Of a stretch of 64,000 nt of DNA, positions 1-12,424 are shown piece after piece. The translations under genes and the position numbers were made by a program. The DNA comes from Azolla caroliniana. Lineage: Eukaryota > Plantae > Polypodiophyta. Where the stretch lies: contig JBHGNT010000002.1 in assembly GCA_043228905.1 (NCBI GenBank), positions 9,858,001 through 9,922,000 on the forward strand, in the 5' to 3' direction. Within the stretch, counting starts at the first letter, position 1. Each line of letters begins with the position of its first letter. The notes under the pieces were generated by a model that saw nothing but the letters and a program-made list of their open reading frames with translations, did no database searches and had not been told where the DNA came from.

Positions 1-359
1 TTTTCTGTACAACTTCTTCTGCTTCGTCGTGCGGCGGTGCCTCTGCTATCCTCAGGAAGCCTCCCAACCCATGTTGGTTGAACCACTTCTTGGTTGTTTC
101 GGAAAGTACCATAGGTTCCATCTCGTCTTCTGGTTCTGCGGGGGTAGGTAGGGCCGATGTGCTTGTTTGTGCTTCTTGTGTTTGTCTGTTGACTTGTATG
201 GTCCTTTGTGCGCTCAGTGCTCTGTGTTCACAAAATGAAAGAGACTCTACAAGGCGGAGGTTTCTTGTTCCCATGCTTGGCGCCTTTCTCGATTCCTGCG
301 CATGTACGTCATGTACTATAATAACAATTGTGTGACACCTGGTGCGCTTTAACTAGGCT

Positions 360-3300
360 TTAAATAGCCACTACACCTTTTCGAGGTGTCCGCTCATTCC
401 TCGCCTCTACATGATGATCTTCTTTTTTTCTATTTTTTTGGTTCTGGTTACCTGGTAACCCTGGCTCCCTTGACTGTTGTTCTTCATGGTTGTCGGCCAA
501 CTGCTTGCCACTACCTATCTCCGGTTGATGAAACGGGTTCCGTGGCATGGGCCCATAATATGGTTTAAGTCGAAACCCATTTACCCACTTGTCCAGCACC
601 TCCTCGCCGGCGAGCATTCCCAACAGATATGAGCCGTTAAACTCTCGCGTTATCCAATATGGTCCAGTCCACTGGAACCGTAAATTCCCCGGCATCTTGC
701 CCATCTAGGTCTGGAACACTAGTACCGGCTTACCAATGCCAAACATGTTCTCGTTACCCTTCCAATGGCGGTCGACGAATGCTTTCCTTCCTTTTTGCTC
801 GAGTTCGATCTGCATTAGGCTCGCTATTCAGTGTTCCTCCAGCTCGCATAGTGCTGCTAACCGGGTTTTTTCTGACTCCTTCTCACTCTAACTCCTTCTC
901 GCTCAACCACTCCCGAACCTGTATCTGTAAGCTTGGAATCTGGAATTCAATTGGCATAACCGCTTCAAGACCAAACGTTAATCGGAATGGTGTTGTCCGG
1001 ATACTTGTTTTGTATGCCGTTCGGTAAGCCCATAACGTGTTGTGCAGCTTTGTATCCGAATCGGTTTGGTTCTCATTGACAATCTTCCGAAGAATGTTTT
1101 GCAAAGTTTTATTGGTCGACTCGGCCAATCCATTGGCCTGCGGGTAATAAGGGGTGCTTCGTTTGTGTACTATCACATAAAATGTTATTAGGCTTTCCAC
1201 CACTTGTCGTTGACGCCATTGTATTGTCCTGTAGTACCTTGGCTTCCACCCATTTTGTGCAGTAATCTATGGCGACAATTATGTACCTGTTGCCGGTTCG
1301 CATTGCCGATGGTTTGAATGTTCCAACGAAGTCCAACCCCCATTTCTGGAATGGCTATAGAGGTGGTACCAGCTAGTGCGGCATGTGCGCTTCTTCTTCC
1401 GTTGGCTGGCCCATTCTCTGACACAGATCACATTCCTTCGTATATCGGACTGAGTCCTTTAGTGTCGTTGCGCCATAGTTTCCTTGTCGTAGCTTCACCA
1501 GCATAATCTCCTTCAGCAACCCCACAATGCGCTTCCCGTAAAATGGTGTCTTTTTCATCACTCTGGACCGCTCGCCGCCATATGTCGTCCACTCCTTTAT
1601 GATACAGGGTATCCTGCACTAGAAAAAAGTGTCAACTTTGCACCGCCAACCATTTACGTTCATCCCGGTTCATCTCCTCTCGGGGGTAGTTTGATGCTTA
1701 AGAACTAGTGCATATTCGTTAGCCATTTGTCCTCGTTCGCGACTGTCCCATCTACCGTGGTTTCCACTATAATTTTAAACAATGCGGAATCCAGAAATTC
1801 ATCTTGAACACCGTCACCGGTCTCTCCGGATTCTAACCAACTCAAGTGATCGGCAACCGCATGTTGTATACCCGGTCAGTGATAGAGCTCAAATTCAAAT
1901 TCTTGTAATAATAATATCCACCGAGCCAGCTTGTTGATGAGTGATGCATTCGAGAACAAGTATAAAAGCGTTGAATGGTCTACATGGAATGAAAACTTGC
2001 GGCTTAACAAATAATGTCGATATTAGGTGACATTGTATATCATTCCTAGGGCTTCTCTTTCCGTAGTGGAATAATTCCGCTCCGCCTTTGGCAGTTTCCG
2101 ACTAGCGTAATACACCGGCCGGTACCACTTCTGTTCGGTAAGTTGCATGAGTACGCTGCCGATTGCGAGATCCGACGCATCCTCGAAGACATGGAACTCT
2201 TTTGACCAGTCTGGGGGGCTCTACCACTGGTGCTTGTGATAACATTACCTTGACTACGCGGTAAGCCTTGTCCTCTTCATCCGTCCAATTAAACGGTGTC
2301 CGGTGTACAACTGCATGTAATGGTGTGGCGAGGTCTACCAAGTACCGGAGCATCCGGCTATGCCACCGGATCTGTCCTAAGAACCAGCTTAAAGCCTTGG
2401 CGGTCGTTGGTGCCGGTGCCTGCAAAATAGCCTTGACCTTATCCGTATCCACGGCAATCCCTTCCTTGCTAACAATATGACCCAGCAATGTGCCGTTGGT
2501 TACACCGAAGACACAATGTTGGGTTTAAGCTTAACCGGTATCCTTTGCACTTTTCCAAGCATAACTTGAGATGGTTGAGGTGTTCCCTTTTCCTGCTATA
2601 TACCGCGAAGTTATCCAAGAATACCTTCATAAATGCTGAGATGAATTCTCCAAATACTTCCATAATAATCCTCTGGAAGGTTGTCAGCGCCGTCTTGAGT
2701 CCGAACATCATGACAACTGCTACAAAGACTCCCCATTCTGTCACGAACGCCATATTTTCTTGATCATCCGGGTGCATCCTTGTTTGGTTATATCCACTGA
2801 ACCATCGTGAAAGCTATAAACCTCATGCCCAGCTACCGCATCTAAAACTCCATCCATAAACAGAAGTGGAAATGCATAGGTAACCGTTGCCGGTTTAATT
2901 TCCGGTAATCCACGCAAACATGGATCTTGCCGTTCTTCTTCGGCACTACGACAATTGGACTTAGCAAAGTGGCTTTCTTCATCGGCTAGATAAAGCCGAC
3001 TCGGAGCAGCTTGTCAATTTCCTCCTTTACTCTTGCCACGTAGTTTGGGTTCATCCGATACCGTCGCTATGCCACTGGCTTAGCGTCCTTGCTAAGGTGA
3101 ATCTGGTGTTGATAGTGTTGGGGATCAAGTCCCCGCATATCTTTGTAGGACTAGGCGAATACGTCCCAGAATTCTTTTAATAATGTTATCATTGCCGATT
3201 TGTTTTCCACTTACATCTCCTTGGCCACGTGTACCGGATGTCCTTCCTCTCTGGTGCTCAAATTTACTTCTTCTAGTTGGGATGTCTTTACTTGTTGGAA

Positions 3301-3594
3301 TACCGCCATTTCCTGTTCCTCCCTGGTCTCTTCCGTTTGCACAATGTATGGATATACCGCTTCTGCCACGTCCACTTTGAACAGAGGGACCATCCTTGGG
3401 TTCTCTTCAAGGTAGCAATCCACCTCCTCATTGGCCAGTCTTGCCAGCATGTTCACGCTTTCGGCATATAGTGGGGTTACGTCTTTGTTGGGGCCTGCTT
3501 GCGGTAGCGTGGCTACTCTTACTTTCGTTTTCCCTCTTGCGGTAGGTCGTCCTAGCAGCAGTGGGTATGCCCCTTGAGCATTCAACTGGAGAAC
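360..3594 (-). pseudogene. Gypsy-1a pol remnant (protease C-terminus, RT, RNase H, integrase)
   Basis: ORFs 2469-2777 (RT), 2102-2488 (RT thumb/RNase H), 883-1336 (integrase core) and 360-704 (GPY-like C-terminus), broken by stops and frameshifts. Confidence 0.9.
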
Positions 3595-4157
3595 TGTTGA
3601 GAAATAGTTCGGTCTAATCACAATACACGAACTATGCTGAAATACCAATCATATATATGCTTGAAAAACATGACAACAAAGGTGCACAGAGATTTAACGT
3701 GGAAACCCTAAAACGGGAGAAAACCATGGGAACAGAGCTTCACTATGTATAGTGGATATACAACAGAGAATGTTACAACCCTCCTTCGAGTGTATCAGCC
3801 ACGCAGGGCTCTTGACGTCTGTTGTTACGCACACAGGTATGGTGCCGCTCTCACTCACTCTCTATCTCACGCGCTCTCACGCTACTTCTATTCTACCACC
3901 TCTACACCTCACATTTTTCCCTAAGTGTATTTATACTTATACATTGTATGGGCTATTTACAAATGTAGCCTCTGCTACGTATCATTATTATTATTGCTAT
4001 AATAATAATAGTCGAACTATCAAACAGTCGACTCACTATTTTGAAGTCTTTGACTCTTGGCTTTCGAAACAGTCAAATCTTCCCTATCTTCAATTGTCGG
4101 CACTCCTTGGTCTAATTAGTCGGTTCCTCCTTCCACTAGAGGGACATATTCCCAACA
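3595..4157 (-). repeat. 3' LTR of Copia-A1
   Basis: TGTTG...CAACA termini, followed on + by aactccccctt (PPT complement); direct repeat of 8352-8949. Confidence 0.93.
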
Positions 4158-4189
4158 AACTCCCCCTTCACTCCTGTGGGAGGAAGTCA

Positions 4190-7100
4190 ATCAGTCCTGT
4201 CTTCTGTCCATAGGTAGGTTCTTCGTCAGCATGTCGGATCCATTGTCGTTAGTATGGATCTTCACCAAGGAAAACTCTCCTTCTTCGACTCTCTCCCACA
4301 ACCAATGAAACCTTCTCTGTATATGCTTGGTCCGGGAGTGGTATGTAGCATTCCTAGCAAGATGTATGGCGCTCTAGCTATCACAGTGAAGCAAGAGCTC
4401 CTTTTGCTTCATCCCTAATTCGGTGAGAAAACTTCTCATCTAGATCATCTCTTTGACGGCCTCTGCCGCTGCCATATACTTTGCCTCTGTAGTCGACAAA
4501 ACTACAATCCTGACTGCCACGACACTATTCCCCTTGCATAGGTCATCACGTACCCTAACGTGGATTGGCTCGAGTCGACATCTCCTGACATGTTCGCGTC
4601 GGTAAAACCTTCCAGCACAGGTTTTTCGACACTATACCTTAGGCATACCCCCAAGGTTCCCTTTAAGTACCTGAGTATCCACTTCATTATTGCCCAGTGT
4701 TCTCTCCCTGGATTACTCATGTATCGGCTTATTGCTCCTATAGCAGATGTTATGTCTGGTCTCGTACAGACCATAGCATACATTAAACTGCCAACGGCCG
4801 AGGCATATGGTACCTTCCTCATCTCGGCCTTTTCCTTCTCCCCTTTCAGGCACTGCTTCGCATTCAATCTGCAATTTGTCGGCAACACTGAGCCGATCGG
4901 CTTTGCATCTGACATGTTAAATCTCTCAATCGGATCTTTGTCACATACTTCTGTTGTGACAACCATAGCACCGTTTGAGTTCTGTCTCGAACTATGTGCA
5001 TTCCTAAGATCTGTTTAGCCGGTCCAAGGTCTTTCATGGCAAATGATTTGCCGAGAGCTTTCTTGAAGCTTCCAATCTTCCTTGTATCTTGACCGACTAT
5101 CAACATGTCATCGACATATAGCAAGAGAATCAAGATGTCACCTTCTTCCTACCTTTTGACGAACACACATTGATCGGCCTGTGTTTTCTGGAACCGGTGT
5201 TCCATCATGAAGGACGCGAACTTCTTGTACCATTGGCGTGGAGCTTGTTTCAGACCATACAAGCTTTTCTTTAGTCGACACACCAGATTCTCTTTCCCTT
5301 TCTCCTCAAAGCCTTCGGGTTGCAGCATATAGATTTCTTCTTCTAGCTCCCCATGCAGAAATGCGGTTTTGACATCCAACTGTTCGATCTCCAGATCCAT
5401 ACTGGCCACTATGCTCAGAACAGTTCGAATGGATGTCATCTTCACAACTGGTGCAAATATTTAGTCAAAGTCGATGCCCTTTTTCTGTTGAAAACCCTTC
5501 ACCACTATGCAGGCTTTATACCTGGGCTCACTATCGGCTTCTCTAGACTTCACCTTGTAGGCCCATTTATTCCTAAGTTCTCTCTTACCTTTCGGCAGCT
5601 CTACTAGGTCGTAGGTGTAATTCTCGTGCAAGGATTCCAACACATCTTGCATTGCGCTCAGCCATTTCGCTTTGTGCTCATCGGCAATGGCTTCTTCATA
5701 GCACTCCGGTTCACATTCATCAGTCAAGAGGATGTATTGACTGGCCTATGTTGTCGGTGCTTTCCTCTCCCTAAGTGTGTATCTTCTTCCACTCGTTGTT
5801 GGCTCACATTCGGATGTCTCTGCCAACTCTTCTCTCTGCTTGGGATTCCGCTCGTCAATTGGCCCCTCCAGGTTGGGTAATTCCAACTCATATTCATCAA
5901 TTGACCTTTGCAGCTCTGTCGACTCTTACTCATAGTCAGTCGGTCTCCCCGAGTCGACCGACTCGGATTCGGCTCTGTCGGCCAGTTGTCTCCTTACAGC
6001 TATCAGTGATGACTCACTTGGCCTTAAGTCGATGGTAGTCGGGGTTGACTGGGGAGTCAATTCCGACTTCTGTTGCTTCTAGTCTTCAATCGTCTTGTCT
6101 TCTAAAAAGACTACATCCCAACTTCTCACTACCTTCTTGTTGACTAGGTCCCATCGCTTGTAGCTGAATTCATCTTCCGAGTATCCCATGAATATGCATG
6201 CTTTCGACTTGCTATCGAGCTTTGACCTTTGATCTTTCGGTACATGCATGTATGCCAGACATCCGAACACCCTCAGGTGTTGGTAGGATAAATCCTTCCC
6301 TGTCCACACTCTCTATGGGACATCACCCTTTAATGGTACTGAGGGAGACCTATTGATCAGATAAACAATTGTGTACATCGCCTCAGCCCAATAGGATTTC
6401 GGCAGTTTTGCATGAGAGAGCATGCTCCTTACCCTCTCCATGATTGTTCGATTCATCCTCTCTGCAAGCCCATTCAACTCTAGGGTTTTTGGCACTGTGT
6501 ATTCGATCCGAATGCCTTGGCACTTGCAGTATTCCTCGAACTGCCCTCTGTACTTGCCACCGTTGTCGGTTCGAATAGCCTTCCACTTCCGACCCAGCTC
6601 TTGTTCAATTCTAGCCTAGAACTCCTTGAACACCAACAATACTTGATCCTTCGACTTTAGTACGAAGGCCCATGTCTTCCGACTATAGTCTTCAATGAAT
6701 GTCACAAAGTAATGTCCATCTCGATGCGATGGAGCATCCACATAGCACACGTCTGTGTATACCAATTCCAATGGCACTTCTCTTCTCCTCGGTGGTCTTG
6801 TGTGGAATGCTGATCTATTCTGCTTTCCGACTAAGCAGTCGACGCACTTCTCCAGGTGCACTCCCTTGACTTCTGGTAGAAGTTTCTTGTCTACTAGTTG
6901 GTGCATTCCCTTCTCACTCATGTGTCCTAGCCTCTTATGCCATATTTCTCCTACCGAGTCGGCTGCCACATTTACTTCCGATTTGCACAGTCGGGTATGC
7001 ATCATATATAATGTGCCTTCTTTCTCGGGCCACTATAAGATTTCCTCGACAGAACTTCCACTTGCCATTTCAAAATCTACCACTATAGCCTTCGTCATTT

Positions 7101-8323
7101 AACCTTCCAATCGATATCAGATTCAATAATATATCGGGGACGTGTCGAACATCCTTCAGAGTCAGTCGACACCCTATCGACGTCGGCCTTCATCATTTAA
7201 CCTTCCAATCGATATCAGATTCAATAATATATCGGGGACGTGTCGAATATCCTTCAGAGTCAGTCGACACCCTATCGACGTCGTTAAGCAAACATTTCCG
7301 ACTCTGGTTACCCTGCACTCTCCACTATCACCCATCTTTACATAGCCATGATCCTCAACTATGTAAGTCGAGAAATACTCTCTCGACGGAGTTATGTGGA
7401 ACGATGCCCCGGTATCAATTACTCACGTGCAATCTTCAATTGCAAGATTTTCACTCGTCTGTTCACAAATGAACAGGAGTTCTTCATTGCTCGTAGCAAT
7501 GGCCGAAGTGTTCTTCTCATCAGGGATTTTCCTGGGTTCGACATTATTTCCGACACTCTTATCTTTCTTTAAGTGTCGACAGTCCTTCTAGAAGTGTCTA
7601 GGCTTTCCACAATAAAAGCACACAGGCTTACCTCTGGACTTCGATCTGGCATGGGATTTTTCCATTCGTTGCAGACTTCTTCTTCGCCAGTCTCTTCCTC
7701 TGTCCATATGTTGAGTCAGATTTGACTCCGATTGGGACAGGACTCCTTTGTCTCTCCTCCTTGCCTCCTCATGTAGGATGCTTGTCTTCACCGTCTGTAA
7801 AGACAAGTTCTCTTCTTGACATGAGGTGCTGAGAGTAACCACCAGGTTCTCCCAACTGTCCGGTAGTGTGCACATCAGCAGGATGGCCTACATTGCATCA
7901 TCCAAGGGAAACTTGGTTCCACTGTATCAACGATGTGTTCTCTTGGATGATGTTGATGTGTTCGTCGATGCTCTCACTGTCTCTGTATTTCATCCGTACG
8001 ATTTTTCTCATCAGCAACATTTTATTGAGCGCGTTCTTCCTCTCATATAGACCCGACAGCTTCTGCCACATTTTGTGGGCATTTGTGTCATTTGCCACAT
8101 GCTGAAGGACACTTATGTCGACGCATTGTTGGATGGTGGCCACTCCCTTTCTGTTTACAAGTTTCCAATCCGACTCCAACACCCCCCTGGGTATGTCTGC
8201 TCTGTCAACTGCCTCATACAGGTCTTTCATGATGACGAGGTCTTCCATCTTTATCCTCCAGTTTGCATAGTTCTGTGAGTTTAGAACTATCATACCTGGG
8301 AGACCGCTCACACCTCCTTCCAT
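4190..8323 (-). pseudogene. Copia-A1 gag-pol (gag, zinc knuckle, protease, GAG-pre-integrase, integrase, RT, RNase H)
   Basis: Motifs CFYCGKPRH, WHKRLGHMSEKG, QLDVKTAFLHG, LYGLKQAPRQWY, LLYVDDML, YASAVGSLMYAMVCTRPD; many stops and frameshifts; ~97-bp tandem duplication at ~7090-7285. Confidence 0.93.
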
Positions 8324-8351
8324 GCCTGCACCTCAAGCTCTGATACCAGTT

Positions 8352-8949
8352 TATTGAGAAATCGTTCAGTCTAATCACAATAAACGAACTGTGTTGAAAT
8401 ACGAATCACAGATATGCCAGAAAAACAAGACAAAAAAGGTGCATAGAGATTTAATGTGGAAACCCTAAAATGGGAGAAAACCACGGGAACAGAGCTTCAC
8501 TATTTATAGTGGATATACAAAAAAGAATGTTACAACACTCCTTCCAGTGTATCAACCACACAGGGCGTCTACTGTTACGCACACAGCTATGGTGCCGCTC
8601 ACACTCACTCTCTATCTCACGCGCTCTCACGCTACTTCTGTTCTACCACCCCTACACCTCACATTTTTCCCTAACTGTATTTATACTTATACACTATATG
8701 GGTTATTTACAAATGTAGCCTCTCCTACGTATCATTATTATTATTGCTATAATAATAATAGTCGAACTATCAAATAGTTGATTCATTGTTTTCGACTCTT
8801 CAACTATCAGCTTTCGGAACAGTCGGATATTCCCTGTCTTCGACTGTCGGCACTCCTTGGTCCGATCAGTCGGCTCCTCGTAGTCATTGACTGTCAGCAA
8901 CTTCTGGACAGTCAGTTCCTCCTCCCACTGGAGGGACATATTCCCAACA
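8352..8949 (-). repeat. 5' LTR of Copia-A1
   Basis: Direct repeat of 3595-4157 with a ~35-bp net length difference; adjacent to the PBS. Confidence 0.93.
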
Positions 8950-8954
8950 AGAAC

Positions 8955-11401
8955 TACCACAGAAATTCGGAAAGCATGACCTCCGATCGTCACCTCCAAG
9001 TCCCAGATCAAACCGGTCGGTCGGACTGAGCGGTATCCACCATCCGGAGCCACAATGGGTATGGTTCCCACTCCTAAATTCCCAAAGTGTTGCATGTCCG
9101 GAGGCTTATCACATTTACTCTTGATCCTCCATCGACTATCGTACCTGGTAGCTCCCGTCCTTTAATAATCGCAGTGATTGCAGGACTGTTGGTGTCCACC
9201 ATTGCCGGTCCTTCCTTCGGATTTGAAAAGAATGTTGGAGCCGGTAAAGGACTTAACGGAGCCATCGCCAATTTCAACCTGTCGGTGAATCGGGGCACTA
9301 GTTGCAGTAACCGGCCCAGTGGTAACGTGATTTGGCATTCCTGAAGTGCTTGCCACGTGAGGTTCTCCGGTTGTGCCTTTACGGTGAGCCCCTCCACTGC
9401 ATTCGTGTGCTCCTTCATTTTGGTGACATTGCGTTCGTTGGCCTTTTCAATCCATTCAGTAGTCTATTTTCGTATGGCTTCTTGTGCTACCCACTCCGTT
9501 GTCTTTCATTTTGATCTAGTGGTGACTTGTTGTATATCCGCTACTTTTGCTACCACCAGATTGATTGTCGGCCGTTTTTGGTTCCTTTTAACCGGGCATT
9601 GGTTGTTGTAATGGCCCTCCTGGCAGCAATAGTAGCAATACGCCTTCCGGGTATTGCTAGATTCTGCTTTTGTTTCGGTACCCTGTTGAAATCCGATTAC
9701 TACTCGATTAGGTTCTTATGTTTTTCTTTGTTCTGGTTGGGCGCCCCTTATGCCTCTATCCGGCTCTCGTTGGTACTCCTTTGCCGGCTCCCGACACTCC
9801 TCTTTCCAAATGTTCTATTTCGTAAGAAAGCGTTTGTTCTTGTAACCCTATCGGTGCCAGTCTTCGTAGTTTTCTCGTTGGTCCTCCCTCCTATGGTTGT
9901 AGCTGGGAGAGTAGTCGCGACCATACCGGTCACTGTTATAATCTTGGTTCTTCTCATACCAGTCCCAGTTATACGCATCCCTTCTCCGGTCGTAATCCAA
10001 TGAGTAGTCTTGTTCATATCAATCTCGATTGTGGCCTTCCCTCCGTTGGTCGTTACAATCGCACGCATAGTCGTTGCGTCTTCTCTCATTCTACCGATCC
10101 CCACGTTCTGGTCGGTATCGGTCCTCTGTCCGGAACCGTTCGTCATCCGGTTCATGACTACTACATGGTTCCATGATCCTCATTGGTGCCGCTTGTCGGT
10201 TGAGCATGTTGTACTTGCATTGGTCCGTTGTGTGTGCTTGTGAGTGGCAGATCATACATTGCGTCCTCATTGTGCAGTCTACCATCGAATGGCCCGGGTT
10301 TAGACATATTGTGCATTGCAACGCCTGGCAAAACCTAAGATCCTCCTGATTTGGAAGGGCCCTCTACAAGGCTCCCATCGTCATCAGGGAGCTATGTTTA
10401 TCCATTTCTAGCACCCGATTGATGACTTGATCCACTGTGTTGGCCTGGACATCTAGTACCCCGCACATCATTCGGAGGGGTTCCCGCAGAGTAGCCAAAA
10501 ACACCGCTTTCGCCTCCTCCTCCGGAGGTGCCTTGTTAACTGGTTGTGTACTGTTTGAAATCGGATGATAAATTGGGGCACTGTCTCCTGCTCCTCTTGG
10601 TGGGTTGTGTGAACTGTCCGACTAGTTCGCGGTGTTCCACTTGCCTATGGAATAGTCGGAGGAATTTTGTTTTCAAGACCTCAAATGTGGCAAAGCTTCC
10701 AGGTAGGTGCTTTGCGTGTCAAAGGGTCATTGGTCCCTCTAATGTCATGCCGAATTCGGCAATTTTTGACCGTTCGGCTTCCGGTTCAGTCAGCCTTTGG
10801 GATACATGATTCGCTTCCCATGTTTGTTGGAACGCATAGACGTGCGCCTCCACGTCAAGGTCATCACGGTACTTCGGACACGGGTACGGCATGGCGTAGT
10901 CTTCGGGAGGTTGTACCGGAGATGTGTGGTTTAGTTCTTGCTCTATGGGTGGTGTTGGTGCGCGGTTTTCCACTTTCTCTGCGGGTGGTGTTGGCGCGCG
11001 GTTTTCCACTTCCTCCACGGGTGGTGTTGATGAGCCGCCCGATTCGTCGTCCTCTGTATCGTCTAGAGTATTGTGGCTACTTTTGTAATTTGATTGAAAT
11101 CTTTGTTCACTATCCGATTTCGACTCTAAGGCCGAGAATGCCTCCGAGTCTTCGTTGCCTCTGGCAAGCGTCCGTAGTCGCGCTTCTGCCTCTTGCAGGC
11201 TCGTCAGACTACTGCCCTCGTCGGAAAATTGTTGTTTTTGGAATCGAAGTGCATCTTCTGCAACCCTCCGAAGCACTCCTGGAAAAGACCAATCCTATCG
11301 GATCTCCTCAACTGCTTGTTGGAAGGCTGCCCCCGCCTTTGTTGTCTTTCGGCAAGTCTTCTTCCTTGTTCGGTGACTTGGTCATTAGTCGGTCAAGACA
11401 T
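8955..11401 (-). pseudogene. Gypsy-1a gag and protease N-terminus
   Basis: Retrotrans_gag-like PCPKYRDDLDVEAHVYAF; tandem knuckles CTICLNPGHSMVDC and CMICHSQAHTTDQC; RD-rich linker; DGGS protease motif. Confidence 0.85.
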
Positions 11402-11451
11402 CCATCCCCCGGTGTTCTCTGCTCACTGCAAGAATCGTGGTCGCCAAAAAC

Positions 11452-11937
11452 TGTGTTATCCCTTAGGCTGGACAAGCCCTAACACAGGGTGTCCCTTTGG
11501 AACACTTCATCAAAGGGTGGACGGTAAGATATGGATAGATCACAGTATGGAATGGGTCTTAACCGGTTACCAATCGGCACTGTTAATGATCGTAACACAC
11601 GCGTAAGATTAATTATATTAAGCATAGGACGGTAGCCAAATAGACTCTAAACATACGTAAACAATAGTATTTCTATTAATTATCTGTCGTTGATTACATT
11701 CTAGTCGGGTCCTTTTATAGGTCTCCGACTGAGTTACAAACCGGTGCCAACCGGCAACCGGCAACGATCCGAATTGGCATACCGATTCTGGGTCCGTCCG
11801 TCCACTTCTCAAAATAACATAATACTTATTAATTCTCAAAATAACATAGTACTTATTAATTTGAACTCCCTATTCCTAATTAAATACTCCTTTTACATTC
11901 TAGACTCTAACCGGCCCCTTTGCCTTGCCGGCCAACA
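11452..11937 (-). repeat. 5' LTR of Gypsy-1a
   Basis: Homologous to 14884-15345; similarity ends at ...CCAACA; PBS adjacent. Confidence 0.85.
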
Positions 11938-12020
11938 CATAAAATGTTGTTAGGATTTCCACCACTTGGCCGAGGAACTGTCCACCTTGGTCGCTAATTA
12001 ATTCGATTGGACATCCATAC
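11938..12020 (-). pseudogene. Short integrase fragment of the Gypsy-1 family
   Basis: Reads ELISDQGGQFLGQVVEILTTFY on the minus strand; homologous to ~1175-1206. Confidence 0.6.
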
Positions 12021-12028
12021 TAGCACCA

Positions 12029-12420
12029 TGTTGAGAATCAAGCTCAACCTAGTCTAGTGTGTGAACACAGCCTTGAGAGTGTGCACTCAAAGGTCAAAAG
12101 TCACTACTCTTATCTACACATTAACTATGTGTCATAGAATCATATTCTATAACACATAACTAATGAGTTTTCACATTCCCCATGACCCATGAGCTTCAGT
12201 AGTTAATGACGAGAGAGAGTGACTATATAAAGCACTCTCCTCCTACTATGTAATTAGTTCGATTAATCACCTTTGTAATATACATCGTCTTGAGTATTCT
12301 ATTGTTGTTAAAATCTATCTATCTTGTGTTTCTCTCTCAGTCTCTCTCCTTCCCTCTCTCACTCTCTCTCTCTCATACACACACTCACAACACATATCTC
12401 TCTCAGCCCCCGGGTGGTGT
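12029..12420 (+). repeat. Truncated Copia-type LTR related to the LTR at 46690
   Basis: Starts TGTTGAGAATCAAGCTCAAC; shares tagtgtgtgaacac, gtgtcatagaatc and gtgactatataa blocks with 46690-47044. Confidence 0.65.
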
Positions 12421-12424
12421 CGAA

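Larger units (their letters stand above)
3595..8949 (-). mobile_element. Full-length Ty1/Copia element, Tnt1/Tork-like (Copia-A1), inserted in the Gypsy-1a protease
   Basis: Two LTRs; exact TSD AGAAC (3590-3594 and 8950-8954); tRNA-iMet PBS (gctctgatacca, 8337-8348); PPT next to 4157. Removing the element rejoins the Gypsy protease as GHAFRISVVVLQLNAQGAYPLLLGRP. Confidence 0.95.
1..11937 (-). mobile_element. Ty3/Gypsy LTR retrotransposon, non-chromoviral Athila/Phygy-like (Gypsy-1a), decayed; 3' LTR lies outside the window; interrupted by a Copia at 3595-8949
   Basis: Minus-strand order: LTR (11452-11937), PBS TGGCGACCAC after CAGTTTT (10-nt match to the recalled plant tRNA-Arg 3' end), gag, protease (IVDGGSRVNVIS), RT (VVMMFGLKTA, VFLDNF), RNase H, integrase (STPYYPQANGLAE, WTGPY). 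Confidence 0.9.
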